Positions 11,001 through 19,422 of a DNA stretch of 53,191 nt are shown piece by piece. The number at the start of each line of letters is the position of its first letter. Positions within the stretch are counted from its first letter, which is position 1. Under the pieces are notes generated by a model. The model had not been told where the DNA came from, did no database searches, and worked only from the letters and a program-made list of their open reading frames with translations. The stretch comes from an uncultured archaeon. GTDB taxonomy: Archaea > Thermoplasmatota > Penumbrarchaeia > JASLWR01. The position numbers and the translations under genes were made by a program. The stretch lies in NCBI GenBank assembly GCA_964430885.1, contig CAYSHM010000022.1, positions 1-53,191 on the forward strand, read 5' to 3'.

Positions 11001-12783
11001 CAGTATTTCCATTAAATTCGCTGTCACTTGCTGAAAATAGAGTTGTTTCCCTGCCTGCATTTAAGTAACCAAGCAGAGAATTTCCCTGTATCGCCAGACC
11101 TAAAACATCTCCCAGTCCGATAATATTGGCACCTATTCTTCCTGACCATATATGCTGGTTCTGTATCCACATATAATACCCTTTTCCACCAACATATCTC
11201 ATAGATGGTGCTTCCATGTTTGTACCGCCGCTTGTGATCTTTGAGGCCGACCATCCGCTACCATCCGTCCCTACTTGACCTGATACGACATAATCCGTAA
11301 CTCCTTCCCTCTGTTCCCAGAGCACGAATATTCTATTCCCTATTACCTGTATGTCAGGGAATCTTTTCTGAATGTTGGTATTTGTACTCTTGATATTTGT
11401 CCAGCTGGTTCCATCCGTATTCATACTGCTGATATGAATCTGATAATCGTTAGGATGTTTCACCGTACCCCATACATAATAGACCTGTTGGCCAGAAACC
11501 TGAAGCCTAGGCCAGAACTTGCTGTCACCTCCTGATGTCTGCAAGGTTTCGATCCAACCGGTCCCATCGGTCAGGGAGCGGGCTGTCACAATTTGCCCTT
11601 TACCGCTTACATCGCGTCTCCAGATATAATGTATAACACCGTCGGCAATATATAATTGAGGGTACTGGTCGGTCTTTGTGTCCTCTGTCATTCCCTGGTT
11701 TGAGATCATATTTCCAGCTGTGCTCACTGTTCCCAAATAGATATGGATATTTCCGCTGTTATCCTCCTGATCCCATACTAGGTAAAGGGTATTGTTCACG
11801 ACCTGAAATTGGACATTTTCTTTGTTATTGGAGCTTGTAGTTATTTTCTTGTCAGTCCACCCGTGACCGTCAATATGGGAACTTCCCCAGTATATCTGGA
11901 TATAGCTGCCGTCGTATCCGGTCCAAATATAATATATACTATCTTCGACCACCTGAAGGTGGGGGTCGAGCTGATTATTATCGTATGAGGTCCGTTTCTG
12001 AGCGGTCCATCCGGTTCCATTGGTGTACATGGTTCCGGTCCATATCTGGAAATCACTGCCGTCGTGTTCCCTCCAGACACAGTAGATTCTATCACCAACC
12101 ACCTGGTAGGATATGCCCTCACGGTTGACGGCATCAGAGGTTTGCTTTTCATAGGTGAATCCTCTTCCGCTGCCGTTAATCCAGCATTCAAGAGTAAATT
12201 CACCGCTGCTTCCGATATCACAATCACCTTCATAATAGGCCTTTGAACCCAGATCGAACTCCATCCCGCTACCTGAGATACCTGCTGTCCAATCATCAGA
12301 TTGAATAACCGCATCCCGTCCGTTTCCGGAGCTGTCCTCTGCTAATGTACCGTTTCCTTCACTGAAATGCCAGCTGCCCCAAAGGCCAGTATTGTTGTAA
12401 TATTGATCTGAAATATTGATATCCACTTCAACATTGTCTCGGGGGATGCCATCGGTCTCTGTTATGGTAACTGGGATCCGATACTTCCAATCTGTATCCC
12501 ACCAAGAACTGTCAACGGTAGCCTTTCCGCTATCGATAATGATATTGTCCAGAAGAGATACCTTGCTCATATCCGAGAAATCATCACTCCAGTTCTGTTG
12601 AGGAACATTTCGAAGTTTTTTGATAGAATTCTGATGGTCAATATCCTCATTCTCATTATTGGGAATATTTTGGTCTACTGAACTGTCCGACATACTTGAA
12701 TACCACACAGGTATATTCTGTATTGAAGCAGATAATAGGAGGATCAGAACGAAAATAACCGGTGTGATATTACCCTTTTTCAT
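8008..12783 (-). CDS. 1591-aa type I membrane protein: DUF2341/LamG/beta-propeller/Ig/FnIII ectodomain, TM helix, cytoplasmic helical unit and J (DnaJ) domain
   Basis: Signal peptide, WWDTDWKYRIPVTI, LamG motifs (WHFSEGNG...DSSGNG; WHHIVLTYD...YVDG...DEVRI) and FnIII TYYWTV. The TM helix ends in RRKRRR and is followed by NYYEVL...HPDK...INEAYSVL...REDYN. Confidence 0.9.
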   Translation of the reverse strand: MKKGNITPVIFVLILLLSASIQNIPVWYSSMSDSSVDQNIPNNENEDIDHQNSIKKLRNVPQQNWSDDFSDMSKVSLLDNIIIDSGKATVDSSWWDTDWKYRIPVTITETDGIPRDNVEVDINISDQYYNNTGLWGSWHFSEGNGTLAEDSSGNGRDAVIQSDDWTAGISGSGMEFDLGSKAYYEGDCDIGSSGEFTLECWINGSGRGFTYEKQTSDAVNREGISYQVVGDRIYCVWREHDGSDFQIWTGTMYTNGTGWTAQKRTSYDNNQLDPHLQVVEDSIYYIWTGYDGSYIQIYWGSSHIDGHGWTDKKITTSSNNKENVQFQVVNNTLYLVWDQEDNSGNIHIYLGTVSTAGNMISNQGMTEDTKTDQYPQLYIADGVIHYIWRRDVSGKGQIVTARSLTDGTGWIETLQTSGGDSKFWPRLQVSGQQVYYVWGTVKHPNDYQIHISSMNTDGTSWTNIKSTNTNIQKRFPDIQVIGNRIFVLWEQREGVTDYVVSGQVGTDGSGWSASKITSGGTNMEAPSMRYVGGKGYYMWIQNQHIWSGRIGANIIGLGDVLGLAIQGNSLLGYLNAGRETTLFSASDSEFNGNTGLWALMSSGWHHIVLTYDSRKLIIYVDGNLVGMLLSENITFTETGNLQMGDNMYGLLDEVRILNRCINETEVSWRWNWSFGPPDMSDLVWKYWNPLEMQEEDTVGEIIDDTTLQVIIPSLAGNRTATMHLYFHNPNLYPREITRRSHNRDSGLTVYVGRREKFRTDGIVISELIERPPSAEWSSINITRTIPENTTMSVTILDGGTQEPIDPFLNFSGSNIDITGLSSNKHSALYLKAELVADNTSFPEIDSWSIHWDLEDPKILDINISSVNVFRNSSVLLNISVNPGSYQIVDMDPVVEWSLDTRAWNPILTDSVEYEFASNTITAYINPPKDTSIGNYSLRTMLEINGGPATEWTDLEDPLRVNNNPPVILNDIDNIVIIEDKEYVLDLTPYGMDVEDPSNELQWSYVGYPMEILIHSNICFYMKNIILEDNVLIITPWDNCTRGSKIILELKDLDGASIQKNITIETKSEDDLPLTILKTPKNNTTVPGPNLTLNWEGRDVDTNISEIEYDLYFGTKYPLTALVKGLKTFSYTLTGLEKNTTYYWTVIPFYDNISGECLNGSFTFRTMESPEDMDPGEIPISEDLSMNAEESTLIIRQGESEDLDITLSNTYTSSHMINLFVQQGALSGHTTLSETRFLVPNKGQYEIAATIMVPADLDPDRYDIFFIGLSELDGTKVQMKVEIKVLERNITADGDDTTGRSDDPEKKGAADFLWIIILAVCFGTLLFIIIIVLARRKRRRYDYDEDEYEDHGKKTDSDEEKVPTIGIDSIPPPAPSFGSSIRDENKAWKRSAEVTLSLTMELMGNAEKTGFRNSDTKNLLVHAKYLFSMGDYQQTMDICEEVRGVIAVFNIEQANKEQVREEIEARRKRTNYYEVLDIPSNATQKEIKKAFRIKIQEFHPDKYSGTNEEIREMLNEKMKSINEAYSVLKDSGTREDYNLEMGIFTPPRKEDEPVMEGKKILPPPPQGEPGFSDIDNCLAPYNPTDKDDQEIF
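11141..12123 (-). repeat. six full plus one partial ~50-aa repeats, probable beta-propeller blades
   Basis: Consensus P.LQV.G..IYYVW....G..QI.......DGTGW....T read from the translation. Confidence 0.8.
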
Positions 12784-12958
12784 TTGGACCAGTTTTATGA
12801 AGAAGTTATGACGAATAATAAATTAACTGATATATTCCCCTTTCAGGCCATTGATTCAATAATAATTATTCATTTTCTTTATCATGAACAATTGATTGAA
12901 ATAAAATCAATAACGAGTAATATAATTAGAATTATCTCGGGATAAAATGGTGAATTGT

Positions 12959-13453
12959 ATGAAAATAGCTCTAGTTTACTTCTCAAGGACTGGTAATGCA
13001 AAGATCATTGCAGAATTACTGAAAGACAAATTGGTCAAAAATAATGCAGAGTGCGATGTGATAGAAGTGATTCCAGAGAAGAAACGCGGTTTTTTCAGAT
13101 CCATATTTGCAGGGTTAAAACAGAAACCACTTCCTATTAAGAACGGTTCAATTGATCTTTCTGAATACAAGAATATAATTGCAGGTGCACCCATCTGGGC
13201 AGGGAGACCCTCTCCCTATATCAAGTCCTTCTTCATTAAGGCTATGAATACGAAGGGAAAAAAGGTTTATTGTTTTTACACATGCGGAGGGAGTTCGGAC
13301 CAGCAGCAAAAGGCCTTAGAGACTTACAAAGAGAATCTGAAAGCTTTAGGTATGAAGGTTTCCAAACATCATCTCGGATTGAAGATGGATAAGAAGCACA
13401 ACATCAAAGAGGGTGAGGACCAAATTGGAAAATTCATAGACAAAGTGCGATAG
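12959..13453 (+). CDS. flavodoxin-like protein
   Basis: MKIALVYFSRTGN (FMN phosphate loop), GAPIWAG and FYTCGG. Confidence 0.88.
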   Translation: MKIALVYFSRTGNAKIIAELLKDKLVKNNAECDVIEVIPEKKRGFFRSIFAGLKQKPLPIKNGSIDLSEYKNIIAGAPIWAGRPSPYIKSFFIKAMNTKGKKVYCFYTCGGSSDQQQKALETYKENLKALGMKVSKHHLGLKMDKKHNIKEGEDQIGKFIDKVR

Positions 13454-13481
13454 CTCCATTTGAAGTTTGTTAAATTTTGGA

Positions 13482-14207
13482 TTACATATTCGGGGGCATT
13501 GAGTAAGTATCATAGTCCAGTACTGGCGCCTGTATCTTCGGCTTTATGATTCCGTTCTTGACACCTTTGTAGGTTCCATAATACGCCATGAGCATGAATA
13601 TTGCACTGCCTATACCCATTAGTCCGGCGACTGCCGCCATACCTCCTAGAAGAAATTCATTCTCAACTTTCACCAAAGCCATAACAGTGTTTACTGCATT
13701 GGCAATGGCCCCGAATATACCAATTACAAAACCAATCCAAAGAAAAGTCCTCTGGGTCGTAGGTGCCAATTTGATTATGAGAAACACCATTCCCAGGGAT
13801 GTCAAAATGCCACCTATAATACCGAGAAAAGGAATGAAACTTACGCATACACCAACTATCAATAATATTCCACCGGTTCTTGCTTTTTCAGCATGTTCTT
13901 CTCCAAATTCGTTTCTACCCTGGTATATGAACACAATTCCTAATACTTGTATAATGAATAATGCGAGGCCTAGCAGACACAGTAATCCTACTAATGCACA
14001 TAACGCTCCCAGTCCTGCCATTACCTCCTCATCACTGAATACATCTGTTTGGGTCCCGCCTCCCGCAGAGCCCAGATATGCAATAGTCCCCACTATGAAC
14101 AGTATTGCAGATATTATTACTACAAGGCTCAATATCAATGATATCAATTGAGAGATAAGTACAAGTTTTAAACCTTTTTCAGTCTGCAGTTGGGTCAATA
14201 TTATCAC
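13482..14207 (-). CDS. multi-pass membrane protein of unknown function
   Basis: About six hydrophobic segments and a loop GRNEFGEEHAEKA. Confidence 0.75.
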   Translation of the reverse strand: MIILTQLQTEKGLKLVLISQLISLILSLVVIISAILFIVGTIAYLGSAGGGTQTDVFSDEEVMAGLGALCALVGLLCLLGLALFIIQVLGIVFIYQGRNEFGEEHAEKARTGGILLIVGVCVSFIPFLGIIGGILTSLGMVFLIIKLAPTTQRTFLWIGFVIGIFGAIANAVNTVMALVKVENEFLLGGMAAVAGLMGIGSAIFMLMAYYGTYKGVKNGIIKPKIQAPVLDYDTYSMPPNM

Positions 14208-14339
14208 CTATCACGTTAATTTCATTTATGAATAATCGATTTCAATTTGGGGTTTATTATTTATCGTAGATTATTTTATAATGCAAATTTTATGTATCAG
14301 CTATTTGTTGAGATTTTTAGAAGTGTAAAAATATATATG

Positions 14340-14351
14340 TTATACGTATAA
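14340..14351. promoter_or_regulatory. perfect 12-bp palindrome TTATACGTATAA in the divergent promoter region
   Basis: Read directly. It lies next to AT-rich TATA-like boxes, about 20 nt upstream of ATG 14372. Confidence 0.3.
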
Positions 14352-14371
14352 ATGTTCAACAGGTCGATAAT

Positions 14372-15169
14372 ATGGGAGCAAAGGTAGGTTATATATTACT
14401 GGGAATGGGAATAATTTGTACGGGTTTAGTACTTCTCTTCCCAGTAGGTTCATCCGCTGGAAATTCAACAAGTATGGAGGCAGGGGCCGCTCAGGCAGGT
14501 CTATCCTGTTTTGCAGGACTGTTTGCATATGCGGGACTAGGACTCACGGTGGGCGGTGACATAGTCCTGTTTGTAAAACGAAATGAAATGACCAAGGATA
14601 AAAAGAGAGGTACCATAGCAGGTCTCGCTGGTGCAATTTCCATCGGTGTATTCTTCATTGTTTCATTCATTATCAGTATTGTAATGATAGCTAGTGTTTT
14701 CATGACATTGACATCTCAGGGATCGGATCCCGATATTGGTGCTACTATGGACCGACTGTTCGGCTGGGTTTTCATACTGGCGGTATTCGGTATTTTTCAA
14801 GGAGCAGCTCAGGTAGTTGCAGAAGGAGGACCTGCATTTTTCGATAAGAAGAAAGCAGTTAAGGTTCTTGGTATTGTTGGTGGGACCATAGTAATTATAC
14901 TTACCATAGTTCAGGTTGTCATAACTCAATCGATAATCGACGATGTGAGAACTGAATATGCAGAGACTGATTTCGAGAACGAGGTGGAAGTGGAGGAGCT
15001 GCAGACCTCATTCTTTACTGGAGAGTTGTATGCCGCTAGGGCTGCAACATCAATAGGCCATTTTTTAATGGCGGTTGCGGTTTTCCTCATGGCTACCAGG
15101 TACAAGGAGCCCGAACCCAAAGTTGAAGAACAGTTACCTATTGAGAATATGAATTATCAGCAGTATTAG
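14372..15169 (+). CDS. multi-pass membrane protein of unknown function
   Basis: About six hydrophobic segments. Divergent from the preceding membrane-protein gene. Confidence 0.75.
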   Translation: MGAKVGYILLGMGIICTGLVLLFPVGSSAGNSTSMEAGAAQAGLSCFAGLFAYAGLGLTVGGDIVLFVKRNEMTKDKKRGTIAGLAGAISIGVFFIVSFIISIVMIASVFMTLTSQGSDPDIGATMDRLFGWVFILAVFGIFQGAAQVVAEGGPAFFDKKKAVKVLGIVGGTIVIILTIVQVVITQSIIDDVRTEYAETDFENEVEVEELQTSFFTGELYAARAATSIGHFLMAVAVFLMATRYKEPEPKVEEQLPIENMNYQQY

Positions 15170-15201
15170 TATTATAACCAATAAATAAAAAAGTGCTTTT
15201 C

Positions 15202-16617
15202 ATGAACAATGAGGATTTCAGGGAATGGGGCCACAGGATGGTCGATTGGTTATACGAATACATGTCGAATATAAAGGAATATTCCGTCAGTGCTCAGGTT
15301 GAACCGGGTGAAATAAGATCTAAACTGCTTGCCGAACCACCGGAGATAGGGGAGGATATGGAGGCCATATTCAAAGATTTCAAGGATATAATAATGCCCG
15401 GAGTAACCCATTGGCAGCATCCCAACTGGTATGCGTATTTCCCTGCAAACAACAGCCCTCCTTCTGTCCTTGCGGAGCTCCTCACTGCAGGGTTGGGGGC
15501 TCAGTGCATGGTATGGAAGACCACCCCTTCAGGAACAGAGCTGGAAGAGGTTGTAATGGATTGGCTGAAGCAGATGCTTGGCCTGCCTGAAGATTGGTCG
15601 GGGGTGATACAGGGAACAGCATCCACATCTTCTCTTGTAGGGCTGTTAACGGCCAGGGAGTGGAAGACCGATTTTCGATCCAATTTGGATGGAATCAAGG
15701 ATAAAATGACCATATATGTCTCGGAGGAATCCCATTCCAGTGTAGAAAAGGGTGCCAAGATAGCGGGCTTCGGTAAGAATAATATCCGAAAGATACCAAC
15801 GGATGATACTTTTTCTATGATCCCAGGTGAACTTGAGAAAGCAGTTGAGAAGGACATCGAAAACGGTTTTGTTCCTACCTGTACTGCAGCTACATTGGGT
15901 ACCACTTCATCCTGTGGAGTAGATTCATTGGATAAGATAGGTCCCATTTGTAAGAAATATAAATTGTGGCTTCATGTTGATGCGGCCTATGCTGGAAGTG
16001 CGGCGATTCTACCCGAGCTGAGATGGATACTCAAAGGTATAGAATATGTTGATTCCTTCGTTTTCAATCCACATAAATGGCTTCTGATCAATTTCGACTG
16101 TTCAGCATACTTCGTTAAGGATGAGGGCCTTCTTATCAGAACATTCGAGATATTTCCTGAGTACCTGAAAACGGGTGTGGATTCCGAGGTGAAGAACTTC
16201 AGGGACTGGGGGATTCCTTTAGGCAGAAGGTTCCGGGCGCTGAAACTATGGTTCGTCATCAGAAGTTACGGTGTGAATGGTCTGAGAAAGATGGTTTCTG
16301 AGCATATTCAGATGGCACAATGGATGAAGGATCAAATTGAGGGACATCCTAAATTAGAGCTGATGGCTCCAGTCTATTTTGGTCTTGTGTGTTTCAGATT
16401 GAATCCGGGAAATATGGATGAAGAAAAGTTGAATGATCTGAATGCTGAGTTTTTGGATCGTATAAACAAAAGCGGAAAGGTCTTTCTGACACATACAACA
16501 CTCAAGGGAAAATACGTAGTGAGAATGTCCATTGGGTCCAGAACTACTGGGTGGGAAGAGGTAAAGGGAGCATGGGTGCATATTTCAGATACCACAGATG
16601 TACTTGGTAGCAAATAG
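15202..16617 (+). CDS. group II PLP-dependent decarboxylase, aromatic-L-amino-acid (DOPA/Trp/Tyr) decarboxylase-like
   Basis: IMPGVTHWQHP, AYFPA, HSSVEK, LHVDAAYAG, FNPHKW (PLP lysine) and GRRFRALKLWFV. Confidence 0.93.
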   Translation: MNNEDFREWGHRMVDWLYEYMSNIKEYSVSAQVEPGEIRSKLLAEPPEIGEDMEAIFKDFKDIIMPGVTHWQHPNWYAYFPANNSPPSVLAELLTAGLGAQCMVWKTTPSGTELEEVVMDWLKQMLGLPEDWSGVIQGTASTSSLVGLLTAREWKTDFRSNLDGIKDKMTIYVSEESHSSVEKGAKIAGFGKNNIRKIPTDDTFSMIPGELEKAVEKDIENGFVPTCTAATLGTTSSCGVDSLDKIGPICKKYKLWLHVDAAYAGSAAILPELRWILKGIEYVDSFVFNPHKWLLINFDCSAYFVKDEGLLIRTFEIFPEYLKTGVDSEVKNFRDWGIPLGRRFRALKLWFVIRSYGVNGLRKMVSEHIQMAQWMKDQIEGHPKLELMAPVYFGLVCFRLNPGNMDEEKLNDLNAEFLDRINKSGKVFLTHTTLKGKYVVRMSIGSRTTGWEEVKGAWVHISDTTDVLGSK

Positions 16618-16727
16618 GGAAAGTATAACTCCTATATCATTTTTTGATTCTACTTTGTTTTCTAGGTGTATCACTAAAGATAAAACCATGCAAAACATTT
16701 TTATTATTTAGGTCCTATATTATTATC

Positions 16728-17189
16728 ATGGGCGATCTAACGTATACAGAAATATTAGATTTCATGGTTCGTTTTGAACAGATAATCAATAGGATGAAAT
16801 CCTATCAGGCAAAACCTCAGGATTATGGTACCGGGGATCAGATCTACCATTCAGAGTTGCAGCTGATCAAAGCTATAAACAATCATCCCAATTACAATAT
16901 CAGCGATTTTTCAGAGATGTTTTCCATAACAAAGGGAGCGGTATCCCAGACCACCAATAAGCTGGTCGATCGTGGGTATATACGTAAATTCAAGTATGAA
17001 GATAATAAAAAAGAGGTTTTCCTGAAATTGACTGACAAGGGCAAGATAGTCTATGATGGCGCCTATGCTTCATATAGTGATATAATCAACAATATCATCG
17101 AATTTGCAGGTGAAGACGGAAGTAACCTTAAAGCAATCTATGAATTCTTCGATTTTGTGGATGATATATTGGATGAAGTAGATGATTAA
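16728..17189 (+). CDS. MarR-family transcriptional regulator
   Basis: Winged HTH ITKGAVSQTTNKLVDRGYI...DNKKEVFLKLTDKG. ATG 16728 has a TTTATTA box about 27 nt upstream and no SD, so it is probably leaderless. Confidence 0.9.
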   Translation: MGDLTYTEILDFMVRFEQIINRMKSYQAKPQDYGTGDQIYHSELQLIKAINNHPNYNISDFSEMFSITKGAVSQTTNKLVDRGYIRKFKYEDNKKEVFLKLTDKGKIVYDGAYASYSDIINNIIEFAGEDGSNLKAIYEFFDFVDDILDEVDD

Positions 17190-17280
17190 ATTTTTTAAAC
17201 TGATTATTGTTTAGCTACTGAATGAAGATTATATTTATATACTTATAAGGCACATTATATAATCGTGGTTTAGGGGGCGA

Positions 17281-18116
17281 ATGAAATAAAATCTAAAAAC
17301 ACGAAAAAGGTCGTACTCATCACTGGAGCTTCATCCGGTATCGGTGAAGCCACAGCCCAACTACTGCTGGAGGAGGGATATGCAGTGTATGCTGCAGCCC
17401 GAAGAGTGGAGAAAATGAAGGACCTTGAAAAGAAAGGTGCAAAGATACTGAAATTGGATGTTACGGATGAGAAATCCATGTTTGAAGGTGTAAATAGAGT
17501 GATCAAGGAGCAGGGGAGAATAGATGTCCTTTTCAACAATGCTGGATACGGCCAATACGGTACCGTAGAGGAAACACCTTTGGATAAAGCCCGGTACCAG
17601 TTCGATGTGAACGTTTTTGGATTGGCAAGGATGACCCAGCTTGTGCTCCCTCATATGAGAAAGCAGAGGTCAGGAAAGATCATCAACACCTCTTCCGTTG
17701 GTGGTAAGGTCTATACACCCCTGGGTGCCTGGTACCATGCAACTAAACACGCTATTGAAGGTTGGTCGGACAGTCTCAGGCTTGAGTTGAAAGAATTTGG
17801 AATAGATGTGGTGATAATCGAACCAGGTCTCATAAAGACCGAATTCGGAGATGTGGTGGAAAAACAGCTTGCATCATCGACCAAAGGTCCATATAGAAAA
17901 CTGGTGAATGCTTTTATCAGATCTGCAAAGAAATCCTATGAAAAAGGAAATGCATCACCACCTTCAGTTATTGCTAAGGTTGTCCATAAGGCTATAAAGA
18001 AAAAGAAGCCCAAGACCAGGTATTCCGCAGGTAAGATGGCCAAACCTATATTATTTTTCAGAAAAAGGTTCAGCGACCGGATATTCGACAGGATAATAAT
18101 GAGCCAGTTGAAGTGA
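17281..18116 (+). CDS. short-chain dehydrogenase/reductase (SDR) with anomalous start
   Basis: TGASSGIG, NNAG and YHATK. The Rossmann motif lies upstream of the track start (17385) in a frame with no ATG/GTG/TTG after stop 17271-17273. ATG 17281 is out of frame by one base. Confidence 0.85.
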
Positions 18117-18226
18117 TGATCAGAGGGAATCTAGTTCGAAATATATTGAATTATCACTGTAATAAACAATTGAAGAAGTAAGTATATTGATTTTAAAGTT
18201 GTTTTACATAGGTCAATAAAAGGTCG

Positions 18227-19402
18227 ATGCTGATGATATTGGAGATAATAATCGGGATACTGTTTTTTGCTATTTTCGTAGGGCTTCTGATATACGTCTC
18301 TTGGAGATTGAAATACCTATTCAGTATATCCAAGAAAAGGAATGTTTTTATTCCTGTGATATCCCTGACAATTGGATCAATTATAGTCTATATTCTACTG
18401 AATCTGACATCAAATATGTTGTATTATATTCTGTACCGGATAATGTCCATTTGGATAGGCATATTTCTCTATTTGATATGCTATCTTGCTCTGTTCGAGT
18501 TGGCATATGGATTTTTCAAATTGTTCAGGAATAGAAGGGCACCTGAAAAAATTAGGATCCCCCATCAAGTTTCGGTCCCAAAAAGGACGATAGGAATTAT
18601 TATCGTGATATTGACACTCTTAACCTCATCCTATGGTATATGGAATGCATATGACGTTGATATCAAGTATGTGGATCTGGAAATGAATGGATTGAATGAA
18701 ACCGTGAAGATAGCGGTTTTGGCAGATGTTCATGTGGGCAGTTCAGGCGGGAAGGGACATCTTGAAAAATTGGTAAAGATGACAAATGAACTGGAGCCAG
18801 ATATAGTACTTCTACCGGGAGATCTGACCGATAGCAGAGCTTTTCTCACCGAAGATATTTTCAGTCCCTTTAAGGATCTGACCGCACCCGCTTTTTTCGT
18901 CAATGGCAATCATGAGATGTATACTGGCGAAGATGAATTGAACGATCTGCTGAATAGTAGCGGTATCCGAGTTCTGGAGAATGAAGTGGTAAACGTTCAT
19001 GGGGTCCAGCTGGTGGGTCTTAGGTATATGAGTGAAGACGGCAGCAATGCTGAGATGCATAGTGCTGAAGAAAATATGACCATTAAAAAGTTCATGCCCA
19101 CTCTGAACCTATCGGATGATAAACCTGCAGTTCTGATGCACCACAGTCCGGTAGGTATTTCCTACGCTCAGGAAGCAGGAGTCGATCTCTTTATTGCAGG
19201 ACACACTCATGGAGGTGGTCAGATGTTTCCTTTCACAATTCTAGGCGGACCCATGGCCTATGAACACTACAAGGGCCTTTCCAGTCATAAGGATATGAAG
19301 GTTTATGTCAGCGAGGGGGTTGGATTTTGGTTTGTTCCTATGCGTGTTGGTACAGACAGCGAGATCACATTGATTACACTTCAGAGCGGCGTTAATAATT
19401 AG
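18227..19402 (+). CDS. membrane-bound metallophosphoesterase (YkuE-like)
   Basis: N-terminal TM helices, then DVH, GDLTD, GNHE, MHH and GHTHGG motifs. Confidence 0.92.
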   Translation: MLMILEIIIGILFFAIFVGLLIYVSWRLKYLFSISKKRNVFIPVISLTIGSIIVYILLNLTSNMLYYILYRIMSIWIGIFLYLICYLALFELAYGFFKLFRNRRAPEKIRIPHQVSVPKRTIGIIIVILTLLTSSYGIWNAYDVDIKYVDLEMNGLNETVKIAVLADVHVGSSGGKGHLEKLVKMTNELEPDIVLLPGDLTDSRAFLTEDIFSPFKDLTAPAFFVNGNHEMYTGEDELNDLLNSSGIRVLENEVVNVHGVQLVGLRYMSEDGSNAEMHSAEENMTIKKFMPTLNLSDDKPAVLMHHSPVGISYAQEAGVDLFIAGHTHGGGQMFPFTILGGPMAYEHYKGLSSHKDMKVYVSEGVGFWFVPMRVGTDSEITLITLQSGVNN

Positions 19403-19422
19403 AGTAATATTGTGGTGAAAAT

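Noticed and set aside
13588-14151. 187-aa + strand ORF
   Set aside because: It is fully antisense to a convincing membrane-protein gene.
6994-17291. Programmed ribosomal frameshifting at the two A-run sites (6994-6999 and 17284-17291)
   Set aside because: No stimulatory structure or family precedent that I can support. Mutation or consensus error is the simpler explanation.
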